Positions 1 to 9,909 of a stretch of DNA of 64,000 nt are shown here, one piece after another. The DNA lies in NCBI GenBank assembly GCA_963812135.1, contig CAWETU010000001.1, positions 1,888,001 through 1,952,000 of the forward strand, written 5' to 3'. Position 1 is the first letter of the stretch; each line of letters begins with the position of its first letter. Origin of the DNA: Vulcanimicrobiota bacterium (GTDB lineage: Bacteria; Vulcanimicrobiota; Vulcanimicrobiia; Eremiobacterales; Eremiobacteraceae). Below the pieces are notes generated by a model, which saw only the letters and a list, made by a program, of their open reading frames with translations, was not told the DNA's origin and did no database searches. A program made the position numbers and the translations under genes.

Positions 1-3000
1 CCACGGCAGCCAGTGCAAGAACGTGGCGCCGACGACGATCAGCATGCCTTTATGCCGTTCGCGCCAGGCCCAGATGCCGGCCAGCGGCACCGTGATCAGC
101 CCGGCAATCCAGACGAATGGGTTGGGGAGGGCCAGCACTTCGGCGCGCAGCCCCAGCGGATTCGGGTTTACGACACTACCGTCGTAGGCGTACGCGACCG
201 GCCGGATGTCGAGCGGCCACGTCCACCAGGGTGAGGCGTACACGTGCGTCGCGCGCAGGTTGTTGTGATATTCGTACATCGTATGCTGCAGATTGAGCAT
301 GTCTTGGAACGTGCGGCCCAAGCTGAAGAACGGGATGTACGTCAGCACGTAGAGCGTCATGCCGAACAAAACGATGCCGCCGACGAACAGCGGGAGGCGC
401 GAGCCGAGCGGATTGCCCCACAGCAGGCGACGCGGCAGATCGAGATCCAGCTTGAGATCGTGATCGCGCCAGCGCCAGAAGGTCGGCAAATAGCCCTGCA
501 GCGTCACGAGCACTGCGGCGATGAGCAGCGTCGCGATGTCGAAGATGCCATACCACTTGCTCGCGCTCACCGCACCCAATGCGAGCCCCGTGAGGATAAG
601 CCACACGACCCATTGCTGCTTGTCGAGGAACGACGCACCGGCGGCCGTGCCGGTGATGGCGCCATCCGCTTGCCAGCGCACGCTCGTCTCGCCTTCGGTC
701 AGCGAGACGCCTTCCGCGCTCCACGCCGCCTTTTGGATCCCGTCATTGTAGCTCGCGCCCTTGATCGGCCGCTGCTCACCTGACGGGAATGTCAGAGTTC
801 CGCTTTGGGCAACGCTGCCGTCCGGATAGACCGCGATTTTTCCGTCGACACGTTCGAGCGCGAGACGCCGGGCCCAAACCGCGCAAAACGCCGCAAGGAG
901 CGCCATGAACGCGAGGAAGATATACCATGAGATCGCCGGCGGCGTCTTGGATGGATCGTAGAACGCCACTTCGAGCCCGACGAACACGATGATCCCGACA
1001 GCCACGCCGATCGTCGCGAGGGTCGACTGGTGGTCGGGATACGAGCCTTTGATGCGGCGCACGATCTGACCGGCGGTGAAGAACCGATAGCCGCAATACA
1101 GCGCGCACAGCGAGAACAGCCCGACGAAGATGTCAGGCAACGCGGTGCGTGCCTGCACGAAGAAGAATCCGCTCGTCATCAGCAGCAGCACTGATATCAC
1201 CGCCGCGGCGGTCGACGCGAACATCCGCTTGGCGAACGCGTACAGCACCGGCACGGTCGCGATGCCGGCGAGCGCGCACGCGATCCGCGAGCTGACTGGA
1301 TCGCCGATCTGGTTCTTCGCGAAGAAGCCGCCGAGCGAGGGTAGCCAGATCTGGAAGAACCACGACGTCGCCGCCATGAACAGCTTGGGCAGCGGCGGAT
1401 GGGTCCACTCGAAGACGTCGACGTGCTGCAGATATTCCTGCGCAGAGCGCGCGTAGTAGATCTCGTCAAAGATTCGACCGGGGGGCAACCCGATCCGATA
1501 CAGCAGCAAGAACGCGGTCGCGGCCGTCAGCCCCAAGAGGATGAGCCAATCGCGGCGCGTCATCGCGACGAGCCCCTCGATCAGCTGCGGCGAGCGGCGC
1601 GGGGGTGAGCGCGGCGCGCGCGCGCCGGAGGTGAACCACAGCTTGACCTTCTCGTCGAACTCCTCGATCAGATAGATGCTCGCGACCGCGAAGAAGCAGA
1701 GCACGTTGACGATCGAAAGCGAGTGCACGAGCAACGGGTTGAGGTCGGCGCTCGGCGTTTTGAGATATGCGAGCCCGTAGAACAGATCGACGATGAACGT
1801 CGCCGCCAAGGCGAGCGTCACGATGCGCTGCACCGCGCCAAGCGGCCGGACGAACACGATGAGCACGATCGCGGTGAAGATGTAGCGCTCGTGCATGCGC
1901 GTCAGCAACATGAAGTAGCCGAGCATGACGAGGAAGCAGGCGGACAAGAAGCTGTTCTCTGCCTCTTGACGCGAGACGTCCGGACCGGTGGTGCGCCACT
2001 GTCTGAGCGCGAACGCGACGAGGAAACCGAGGAAGATGCACACGCCCCACAGCCACAGTGGGCCGAGCGAAGCGCCGTTGAAGACCAGACGCACGGGGAT
2101 CGCGACGACCAGCCCCGCCACCGCGGCCGCGATCCACGACATGGTGGGGCTGACTTTCTCTCGGAACGCCTGGTACGAGAGAATGCCGACCAGCGCTCCG
2201 AAAAGCGCTGCGATGCTCCACGCGATGAGCGGCTCGAGGCGCGCGATGACGACATGCTGGAGATCAGACTGCCAGAAGTCGTTCTTCATCGAATACAGGT
2301 TGAACGCGTTGACCGAGTTATACGGATAACCGTCGCGCCCGTGCGCGTACGTTCCGTAGAGCCACTGGAACAGCGCGATCGGCGGTCTGAAGAACCAACT
2401 CAGGAAGGCCGCAGCGGTGGCGATAAAATGATTTCCGCTTTCCAAGAGATTCGAGAATCCCGGAATCGCCGCCAGCAGTGACGGGCCCGGATAGAACGGC
2501 GCCGTTCCGAGATACATGACGAGCAGCGCGACCGCTGGAATCGTCGCGAGCCGCCACGTGATGCCTTGGCGGCGGATCTGCCACAACAGGAAGAGCGGCG
2601 CAACGGCGATCGGGTGCGGTTTGATCAGCACCGCGAACGCGAGGCTCGCCCACGCCCATTCGTAGCGCTCGGTGAGCGCGAGATAGATCGCCCAGACGAG
2701 GAAGAGCGCGGCGACCGAATCGGCTTGGCCCCAGTACGCCGACAAGAATGCGATGTCGGGATTGAGGATCGTGATGATGGCGCCACCGACCAATGCGGTC
2801 TGCGTCGACCAGTTGCGCCGCATGATGAGATAGGTGAGGTAGACGAGGCCTACGTCGGCGAGAATCGCCGGCAATTTCACCGCGACGATCAGCGTGTCGA
2901 TGCCGTGGCGCGCCAGCCCCATCGCATCCATCAGCGAATGCAGTCCGGCGGCGCCCCACAAGAAGAGCATGTAGCCCGGTGGATAGTCGATGAACTGGAC

Positions 3001-3276
3001 GTGCGTGTAGAAGCCGCTCGGGCCGTACTGCGAGAGCACAAGCAGCCAGTTCTCGAACGTCGAGATGTCGGTCGCGTGGCCGATGAGCATGATCGGCAAC
3101 AGCCGCAAAACGAACGCCGCCGCGCAAAGGGCGGCGATGTTCACGATCTCGTTGCGGGTGAGCGGGGTGCCGGCAGCGCCAGCGCCGTCATTTCCCCCGG
3201 TGCTCACGGCTTTGGGGCGCCCATCAGCGCCGGAAGCGACTGCCGTTTTGGGCACCGCAGGATTGCGTTGTGACAC
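1..3276 (-). CDS. Polytopic GT-C glycosyltransferase fusion: N-terminal Gpi18/DUF2029-like mannosyltransferase domain plus C-terminal PMT-like protein O-mannosyltransferase domain (3' end runs off the window)
   Basis: Translated by hand; absent from the ORF track because it is open at position 1. GTG at 3276 follows AGGAG. Motifs FIDYPPGY, WGQADS, LLTRMHERY, then IFDEIYY, EWTHPPLPK, ASKWYG and HVYASPWWTWP; many hydrophobic segments. Confidence 0.85.
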   Translation of the reverse strand, partial: MSQRNPAVPKTAVASGADGRPKAVSTGGNDGAGAAGTPLTRNEIVNIAALCAAAFVLRLLPIMLIGHATDISTFENWLLVLSQYGPSGFYTHVQFIDYPPGYMLFLWGAAGLHSLMDAMGLARHGIDTLIVAVKLPAILADVGLVYLTYLIMRRNWSTQTALVGGAIITILNPDIAFLSAYWGQADSVAALFLVWAIYLALTERYEWAWASLAFAVLIKPHPIAVAPLFLLWQIRRQGITWRLATIPAVALLVMYLGTAPFYPGPSLLAAIPGFSNLLESGNHFIATAAAFLSWFFRPPIALFQWLYGTYAHGRDGYPYNSVNAFNLYSMKNDFWQSDLQHVVIARLEPLIAWSIAALFGALVGILSYQAFREKVSPTMSWIAAAVAGLVVAIPVRLVFNGASLGPLWLWGVCIFLGFLVAFALRQWRTTGPDVSRQEAENSFLSACFLVMLGYFMLLTRMHERYIFTAIVLIVFVRPLGAVQRIVTLALAATFIVDLFYGLAYLKTPSADLNPLLVHSLSIVNVLCFFAVASIYLIEEFDEKVKLWFTSGARAPRSPPRRSPQLIEGLVAMTRRDWLILLGLTAATAFLLLYRIGLPPGRIFDEIYYARSAQEYLQHVDVFEWTHPPLPKLFMAATSWFFQIWLPSLGGFFAKNQIGDPVSSRIACALAGIATVPVLYAFAKRMFASTAAAVISVLLLMTSGFFFVQARTALPDIFVGLFSLCALYCGYRFFTAGQIVRRIKGSYPDHQSTLATIGVAVGIIVFVGLEVAFYDPSKTPPAISWYIFLAFMALLAAFCAVWARRLALERVDGKIAVYPDGSVAQSGTLTFPSGEQRPIKGASYNDGIQKAAWSAEGVSLTEGETSVRWQADGAITGTAAGASFLDKQQWVVWLILTGLALGAVSASKWYGIFDIATLLIAAVLVTLQGYLPTFWRWRDHDLKLDLDLPRRLLWGNPLGSRLPLFVGGIVLFGMTLYVLTYIPFFSLGRTFQDMLNLQHTMYEYHNNLRATHVYASPWWTWPLDIRPVAYAYDGSVVNPNPLGLRAEVLALPNPFVWIAGLITVPLAGIWAWRERHKGMLIVVGATFLHWLPW

Positions 3277-3334
3277 GACTGCTTCGGTTCTCCTGATGGG
3301 ACGTTTGGAACCTGCCGCGCGGGCGATCTATGCG

Positions 3335-4345
3335 TCAGGCACCCGGTGCGCTCCACTCTTGGATGAAGCGCTGTAACGCTTCGCTCGCGCGCGCCTGCTC
3401 GGACGCTTTTGCGAAGAATCCGGCCGCTGCGTCGTGTGCAGCCTCGCGCGCGCCGCAGCGCTCGAGCGCGTTTCGTATATCTTTGATATCGGCGTCAGCG
3501 ACGCCGGGCTCAACCCGCGCGTATGCGCGAGCGATGATGGCTCCCGCGCCGCTGCGGTCGTGCTCGGCGGCCCACACGATCGGATACGTGTGCTTGCGGC
3601 GCTCGATATCGCCGCTCGCGGTTTTCCCCGTGGCTTCGCGCGCCGCCCAGATGCCGAGCTCGTCGTCGCGGATCTGAAATCCGAGACCGAAAAGCCGACC
3701 GATCTCCGCACAGCGCTCGACTTCTGCTTCGTGTGCGCGCGCGAGCGACGCGCAGCGTGCGCCGAGCGACGCCGCGCACGCGAACAGCGCTGCGGTCTTC
3801 CCCTCGATCATCGCGAGATACTCGGCAAGCGTGACTTGCGACGCGCCTTCTGCGGCCAGGTCCAACGCTTGTCCTTCGCACATCTGCACGTGCGCGGTCG
3901 CCAGATCGGTCAGCATCGCGTGGGCAACGGTCGGGCCGAGCGCCGTCGCGCTGCGGGCGAGCGCAGCGTACGCGAGCGCGCCGACCGCGTCGCCGGCGTT
4001 GATGCCGTGCGCGATGCCGTATTTGGCCCACAGCGTCTCGCGGCCGCGCCGCAGACGGTCGCCGTCTTCGATGTCGTCGTGGATGAGCGAGTAGTTGTGG
4101 AGCAGTTCGATGGCGGCGCACGCGGGCAGCGCGTCTTCGAGCTTGGCGCCGAGCGCCGTCGCGGCGGCCAGCACGAGACGTGGTCGCAGGCGCTTGCCGC
4201 GCCGCGCGGCGGGCCCGGCGAAATGGTGCTCGATCTGCGCGGCGAGCGGGTTGCCGTGCGCTTGCGCTTCTAAGAAGTGCTTGAGATAAAACTCGAATGC
4301 TTCGAGCGCTTCTTCTTCCACCGCGCTCGCGGGGCTGCTGCCCAA
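3335..4345 (-). CDS. Short-chain polyprenyl diphosphate synthase (GGPP/FPP synthase)
   Basis: GKRLRP, NYSLIHDDIED..LRRG (first Asp-rich motif with an aromatic residue at -5), GQALDL, KTAALF, FQIRDD. Confidence 0.93.
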   Translation of the reverse strand: MGSSPASAVEEEALEAFEFYLKHFLEAQAHGNPLAAQIEHHFAGPAARRGKRLRPRLVLAAATALGAKLEDALPACAAIELLHNYSLIHDDIEDGDRLRRGRETLWAKYGIAHGINAGDAVGALAYAALARSATALGPTVAHAMLTDLATAHVQMCEGQALDLAAEGASQVTLAEYLAMIEGKTAALFACAASLGARCASLARAHEAEVERCAEIGRLFGLGFQIRDDELGIWAAREATGKTASGDIERRKHTYPIVWAAEHDRSGAGAIIARAYARVEPGVADADIKDIRNALERCGAREAAHDAAAGFFAKASEQARASEALQRFIQEWSAPGA

Positions 4346-4349
4346 TGAG

Positions 4350-5207
4350 CTATCGAGCGACGGCTTGCGCCGCCGGGAACCAGTCGAGCAGCTTTTGCTC
4401 TACTTCGTCGGCCAAAAAGCCAGGCGTCGATGCGCCGGTGGCGATACCGACGCGCTCGTCGCCGGTGAACCACTCGCGCCGCACGTCGCCGGCGTTCTCG
4501 ACGAGGTGCGCCTTGGCGCCCTCGCCTTCCGAGATCTCGGCGAGGTGGCGCGTGTTCGCCGACTTCGATCCGCCGACGACGATCATCACGTCGACGTCGC
4601 GCGCCAGCTCGCGCGCTGAGAGCTGCCGGCCTTGCGTGTCGGGGCAGATCGTGTTGTAGATGCGCGTCTCGTAGTTGATCGCGGCGATCTTGGCGACCAG
4701 CTCTTTGAACTTGTCCTCGTTGAGCGTGCTCTGCGACACGATCGCGATGCGGCGCATCTTGCGGATCTGCGATTCATCTGCCGGCCATTCGTTGAGCACG
4801 ACCGCGCCCGGCACGTGGCCGGCGATGCCGCGCACTTCAGGATGGTTCGGATCGCCGAGGATGATGACGCTGCGGCCTTCTTCTTGCAGCTTCTTCGCGA
4901 GCTTTTGGGTGCGCGTGACCATGGGGCACGTCGCGTCGACCACTCGCAAGCCTTTTTGCTCCGCTTGCTCGAGGGTTTGGGGCGGCAGGCCGTGCGCCCG
5001 GACGAAGAGCGTGCCGGAATCGATGTCGTCGATGGACTCGGCGTTCTTGAGCCCGCGATCTTCGAGCTCTTTGACGATGAGCGGGTTGTGGACGATGTTG
5101 CCCATGGTGTGCACGTCGCCGCGGGTCGCCGTCTCGGCAAGCGCTTTCTTGTACGTCAGCTCGACGCCGAAGCAGAACCCTTGCGTGCGCGCCTTGAGAA
5201 TCTCCAT
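4350..5207 (-). CDS. ispH: 4-hydroxy-3-methylbut-2-enyl diphosphate reductase
   Basis: GFCFGV, IVHN, RAHG, DATCPMV, NTICPDT..RQ, SANT, GASTP motifs. Confidence 0.97.
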   Translation of the reverse strand: MEILKARTQGFCFGVELTYKKALAETATRGDVHTMGNIVHNPLIVKELEDRGLKNAESIDDIDSGTLFVRAHGLPPQTLEQAEQKGLRVVDATCPMVTRTQKLAKKLQEEGRSVIILGDPNHPEVRGIAGHVPGAVVLNEWPADESQIRKMRRIAIVSQSTLNEDKFKELVAKIAAINYETRIYNTICPDTQGRQLSARELARDVDVMIVVGGSKSANTRHLAEISEGEGAKAHLVENAGDVRREWFTGDERVGIATGASTPGFLADEVEQKLLDWFPAAQAVAR

Positions 5208-5220
5208 GGGCCTCCAGTCT

Positions 5221-5814
5221 CTAGGGGTTGCTCAGCCGTGCAAGTTCGTCCGACAATTGGCTGGTCCACGCCTCGATTTCCGCTTTCGTGGCTTTTCGCG
5301 CGCTTCCCTGGAGCTCGATCGGCTTGCCGATGCGCACTTCGACATGACTCGCACGCCAGCGACGCGTGGCAAGCGACGTCCTGGCCAGTCCGACGGGCAC
5401 CAACGGACAACGTGCGGTCGCCGCGAGCAGCACCGCGCCGCCCTTCGCCTTCGCCTCGCCCGTGACGTTGCGCGTGCCCTCGGGAAAGATGCCGACCACG
5501 CCGCCTTCTTTGAGGATGCGCAGCGCACGCCGGAACGACCCGATGTCCGCCGTGTCGCGCGACACCGGAAACGCGTGGACCTTCGAGATGAGATACCCGA
5601 GGACGGGGATCTTGAAGAGCTCTTCTTTGGCCATGAAATGCACGACGCGCGGGAACCACGTGCCGAGCATCGGCGGGTCGAGAAACGAGCGGTGGTTGGC
5701 GGCAACCACGAGCGGCCCGCTCATCGGCACGTTGTCCTCGCCGTAGACTTTCGCGTCGAACAGCAATCGCGTCAGCGGACGAAGCACGCCCTTGACGAGA
5801 AGGTACAGGCTCAT
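5221..5814 (-). CDS. plsC: 1-acyl-sn-glycerol-3-phosphate acyltransferase
   Basis: NHRSFLD, FMAKEELF, FPEGTR motifs. Confidence 0.95.
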   Translation of the reverse strand: MSLYLLVKGVLRPLTRLLFDAKVYGEDNVPMSGPLVVAANHRSFLDPPMLGTWFPRVVHFMAKEELFKIPVLGYLISKVHAFPVSRDTADIGSFRRALRILKEGGVVGIFPEGTRNVTGEAKAKGGAVLLAATARCPLVPVGLARTSLATRRWRASHVEVRIGKPIELQGSARKATKAEIEAWTSQLSDELARLSNP

Positions 5815-6479
5815 GCGCGCACGCGCCGCTCGAGCTCGTTCACCACTTCGTCAAGCGTCATGTCGGTGGTGTCGATCTCGATCGCGTCGGGGGCTTTGAG
5901 CAGCGGCGAGATGTCGCGTTCGCTGTCGCGCGAGTCGCGCCGCTCGATCTGCGCGCGCAACTTGTCGCGATCGACCTCGACGCCACGCGCCTCGAGCTCG
6001 CGCAGCCGGCGGTCGACGCGCGATTCCAACCGTGCCGTGAGAAAAAATTTCCTCGATGCGTGGGGCAGAATCACCGTGCCGATGTCGCGTCCAGCCATCA
6101 CGACGCTGCGCTTGTCTGCGAATGCCCGCTGCGCCGGTACCAGGCGCTCGCGCACGCCAGCCATCGCAGCGATGGGCGAGACCGCGCGCGCGACCGCGCC
6201 GGTGAAGAGCTCGTTGCCGAGTTCGTTCCCATCCACCACGATGACGGCGCGACCCGCGGGCCCGGGCGCGGCGATCGAAGGCATGTCGCGTTCGAGCAAC
6301 GCGATGATGGCGGGCTCATCGGCCGGGCTCACGCCGCGTTCGAGCGCGAGCCACGCCACCGCGCGATATAACGCGCCTGTATCCAGGAACGCGCAGTGCA
6401 GCCGCTGCGCAAGCCGCGCAGCGACGGTGCTCTTGCCTGATGCGACGGGCCCGTCGATCGCGATTTGGAGCGGTTCCAT
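5811..6479 (-). CDS. cmk: Cytidylate kinase
   Basis: IAIDGPVASGKST, LDTGALYRA, GRDIGT, RDSRD..R..SPL. Confidence 0.96.
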   Translation of the reverse strand: MEPLQIAIDGPVASGKSTVAARLAQRLHCAFLDTGALYRAVAWLALERGVSPADEPAIIALLERDMPSIAAPGPAGRAVIVVDGNELGNELFTGAVARAVSPIAAMAGVRERLVPAQRAFADKRSVVMAGRDIGTVILPHASRKFFLTARLESRVDRRLRELEARGVEVDRDKLRAQIERRDSRDSERDISPLLKAPDAIEIDTTDMTLDEVVNELERRVRA

Positions 6480-6552
6480 CTTCCTCTTTTGCGAGCGGAT
6501 GCGCGCGCCTGCGGCGCGAATGTCGGAGCGTTCTACGGTCGAAATAATTCGA

Positions 6553-6576
6553 CGGTCGAATAAATTCGACCGCTAC
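6553..6576 (-). repeat. REP-like palindrome copy 1 (GTAGCGGTCGAATTTATTCGACCG), with a degenerate partial copy at 6536-6555
   Basis: Identical 24-mers at 21201, 26086 and 45265; one mismatch at 59269. GTAG tetranucleotide followed by an inverted repeat. Confidence 0.85.
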
Positions 6577-6589
6577 AAGGATACGGATT

Positions 6590-8122
6590 GTGCAGACTTC
6601 CTCCCTCGTCCATATCGACGGGACCAACCTGACGATTCCGCTGGTGAAACGCATCGCGAGCGGCGGCGTCGACGTCAAACTCGCCGAGAACGTGAGGCCG
6701 CTCGTGCGAGCGGGTCGCGAGGTGGTCGAGCGCACGGTCAAAGCGGGCCAGCAGATCTACGGCGTGACGACCGGTTTCGGGCGGCTCAAGAGCGTCATGA
6801 TCGATCCCAAAGACGCGATCGAGCTGCAACGTAATCTCGTGCTCAGCCACTGCACCGGCGTCGGTGCGCCGCTGCCCGACGACGCGGTGCGCGCATCCGT
6901 TTTGTTGCGCGCGCACTCACTGGCTCGCGGCTACTCGGGCGTGCGGCTCGACGTGATCGACTTGCTGCTCGAGATGCTCAACCGCCGCGTGACGCCGATC
7001 ATCCCATCGAAAGGATCGGTCGGTGCGTCGGGCGATCTTGCGCCGCTGGCGCACATGGCGCTCGTCCTGATCGGCGAGGGCGATGCGACGTTCGAGGGCA
7101 AGCGCATGAGCGGCGCGGATGCGCTCAAGGCCGCGAACCTCAAGCCGCTGGTGCTCTCATATAAGGAAGGTCTGGCGCTGATCAACGGCACGCAGATCAT
7201 GACCGGCATCGGCGCGCTGACCGCGTACCGCGCAGACCTGGCGTGCAAAGCGGCCGACATCGCCGGCGCGATGAGCCTCGAGGCGTTCTTCGGCACCGCC
7301 TCCGCGTTCGACGAGCGGCTCAACGCGCTGCGGCCACATCCTGGCCAAGCGCGCGTGGCGGCCAACATGCGCCACTTGTTGCGCGGCTCAGGCATCCTCG
7401 CGTCGCACGTCGATTGCGATCGCGTGCAAGACCCCTATTCGTTCCGCTGCATCCCGGTGGTGCACGGCGCCGTGCGCGACGCGATGCACGCCGTCGAGAA
7501 CACGCTCGTCATCGAGATGAATTCGGTGACGGACAACCCGATCGTCATCCCAGAGGACGGCTCCTTCATCACCGGCGGCAATTTCCACGGCGAACCGGTG
7601 GCGCTGGCGATGGACTATCTCGCCATGGCGCTCACCGAGCTCGGCTCGATCGCCGAGCGGCGCATCTACAAACTACTCGAAGGTCTTGAGGGGCTGCCGC
7701 CGTTTCTGTCCGAGGGCCACGGGCTGCACAGCGGCTACATGCTCGCGCAGTACACCGCTGCCGCACTCGTGTCGGAGAACAAGACGCTTTCGTATCCGGC
7801 GTCGGTCGACTCGATCCCGACGTCGGCCGGACAAGAAGATCACGTGAGCATGGGAACGATCTCCGCTCGGCAATGCGAGCAAGTCGTCGACAATCTGGAG
7901 AACGTCATCGCGATCGAGCTGCTCGAAGCGGCGCAAGCGCTGGACTTCCGCGCGCCGCTCAAGTGCGGACAGGGGACATCCGTCGCGCACAAGATCGTGC
8001 GCGAGCACGTGCCGCACCTCAAAGAAGATCGCAATCTCAGCAAAGACATCGAAGCAGCGCGCGACCTGGTCGCCAGCGGCGAGCTCGTCAACGCGGTCGA
8101 AGCGGAGATCGGCGTCCTTTGA
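6590..8122 (+). CDS. hutH: Histidine ammonia-lyase
   Basis: [20 protein letters not shown] (MIO-forming ASG), [22 protein letters not shown]; adjacent to hutU. Confidence 0.96.
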   Translation: MQTSSLVHIDGTNLTIPLVKRIASGGVDVKLAENVRPLVRAGREVVERTVKAGQQIYGVTTGFGRLKSVMIDPKDAIELQRNLVLSHCTGVGAPLPDDAVRASVLLRAHSLARGYSGVRLDVIDLLLEMLNRRVTPIIPSKGSVGASGDLAPLAHMALVLIGEGDATFEGKRMSGADALKAANLKPLVLSYKEGLALINGTQIMTGIGALTAYRADLACKAADIAGAMSLEAFFGTASAFDERLNALRPHPGQARVAANMRHLLRGSGILASHVDCDRVQDPYSFRCIPVVHGAVRDAMHAVENTLVIEMNSVTDNPIVIPEDGSFITGGNFHGEPVALAMDYLAMALTELGSIAERRIYKLLEGLEGLPPFLSEGHGLHSGYMLAQYTAAALVSENKTLSYPASVDSIPTSAGQEDHVSMGTISARQCEQVVDNLENVIAIELLEAAQALDFRAPLKCGQGTSVAHKIVREHVPHLKEDRNLSKDIEAARDLVASGELVNAVEAEIGVL

Positions 8123-9777
8123 CCACCTCAGCGCCGCGCATCATCCACGCGCCCACGGGTCCAAAGCGCACGTGTCTTGGCTGGGGCCAAGAAGCGGCGA
8201 TGCGTATGTTGATGAACAACCTCGACCCCAACGTCGCAGAACGGCCGCAAGATCTGGTCGTCTACGGTGGCAGCGGCAAAGCCGCGCGATCGTGGGAGGC
8301 GTACGACGCGATCGTGCGCACGTTGCAACGCTTGCGCAACGACGAGACGTTGCTGGTGCAATCCGGCAAACCGGTCGCCGTCTTCACGTCGCATGAAGCC
8401 GCCCCGCGCGTCCTCATCTCCAACTCGATGCTCGTGCCCGCATGGGCGAACTGGAAGACGTTCCGCGAGCTCGAGGCGCAAGGCCTGACGATGTACGGCC
8501 AGATGACGGCCGGCTCGTGGATATACATCGGCACGCAAGGCATCCTGCAGGGGACATACGAGACCTTTGGCGCGCTTGCGGACAAGCATTTCGGCGGCTC
8601 GCTCAAAGGGCGCATCGTGTTGACGGCGGGTTTGGGCGGCATGGGCGGCGCGCAGCCGCTCGCCGTCACGATGAACGGCGGCGTCGCGATCGTCGTCGAG
8701 ATCGATCCTGCGCGCATCGAACGGCGCATCGCTGACCGTTATTGCGACGTGAGCGCTGCCAACGATCTTGACGAGGCGTTGCGGCTTGCGCAAGACGCGG
8801 CGATGGAGGAACGCCCGCTTTCGATCGCGCTCCTTGGCAACGCGGCTGAGGTCGTACCCACACTTTTGCAGATGGGCGCGCCGATCGACATCGTCACCGA
8901 TCAGACGGCCGCGCACGACGTGCTCACCGGCTACGTGCCTGCGGGCATGACGCTCGAGGGCGCCGACGAGCTGCGCCAGCAAGACCCGGCGCAGTACGAG
9001 CACCGGGCACTCGAATCCATCGCCAAACACGTCAACGCGATGCTCGGCTTCCAAAAACGCGGCGCCGTCGTCTTCGACTATGGCAACAACATCCGCAAGC
9101 AAGCGCAGCTGGCCGGCGTCAAGGACGCGTTCGCATTCCCAGGTTTCACACCGGCGTTCATCCGTCCACTTTTCTGCGAGGGCAAGGGACCGTTTCGCTG
9201 GGCGGCGCTCTCTGGCGATCCCGCCGACATCGCGGCGCTCGACGACGCGCTGCTCGAGACATTCCCGAACAACGAACGGCTGCATCGCTGGATCGCGCTC
9301 GCGCGCGAACGAGTCAGCTTCCAAGGCCTGCCGGCACGCATCTGCTGGCTAGGCTACGGCGAACGGCGCGAATTCGGATTGCGCATCAACGACATGGTGC
9401 GCTCGGGCGCGCTACGCGCGCCGATCGTGATCGGCCGCGATCATCTCGACACGGGCTCGGTCGCGTCGCCCTATCGAGAGACCGAGAGCATGCGCGACGG
9501 TTCGGATGCGATCGCGGATTGGCCCATCCTCAACGCGCTCATCAACGCGGTCAACGGCGCGCATTGGGTGAGCGTGCATCACGGCGGCGGCGTCGGCATC
9601 GGCTATTCGATCCACGCGGGCATGGTGGTCGTCGCCGACGGATCGGATGACGCGGCAGCACGTCTGTCGCGCGTGCTGACGAGCGATCCAGGCATCGGCA
9701 TCGTGCGTCACGCCGATGCGGGTTATCCCGAGGCTATCGCGGCGGCGGATAAACATCGCATCGATTGGCGATTGTGA
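8119..9777 (+). CDS. hutU: Urocanate hydratase
   Basis: [49 protein letters not shown] start overlaps the hutH stop. Confidence 0.97.
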   Translation: MTTSAPRIIHAPTGPKRTCLGWGQEAAMRMLMNNLDPNVAERPQDLVVYGGSGKAARSWEAYDAIVRTLQRLRNDETLLVQSGKPVAVFTSHEAAPRVLISNSMLVPAWANWKTFRELEAQGLTMYGQMTAGSWIYIGTQGILQGTYETFGALADKHFGGSLKGRIVLTAGLGGMGGAQPLAVTMNGGVAIVVEIDPARIERRIADRYCDVSAANDLDEALRLAQDAAMEERPLSIALLGNAAEVVPTLLQMGAPIDIVTDQTAAHDVLTGYVPAGMTLEGADELRQQDPAQYEHRALESIAKHVNAMLGFQKRGAVVFDYGNNIRKQAQLAGVKDAFAFPGFTPAFIRPLFCEGKGPFRWAALSGDPADIAALDDALLETFPNNERLHRWIALARERVSFQGLPARICWLGYGERREFGLRINDMVRSGALRAPIVIGRDHLDTGSVASPYRETESMRDGSDAIADWPILNALINAVNGAHWVSVHHGGGVGIGYSIHAGMVVVADGSDDAAARLSRVLTSDPGIGIVRHADAGYPEAIAAADKHRIDWRL

Positions 9778-9909
9778 ACGCGCAATCCGAAAATTATTCG
9801 GCGACACGTTTGCAGCAGTGATGCAGGTCACGCCGTCCCGCGAGCAGTAAGCCCCACCTTAAGACTTCGTTATCATCTTTTTCACTGCGGTTGTTACCGG
9901 AGGCCTATC

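Noticed and set aside
4675..6834. Long antisense or alternative-frame ORFs (for example 719 aa here and 466 aa at 14555)
   Set aside because: Shadow ORFs expected at high GC, opposite well-supported genes and with no motifs.
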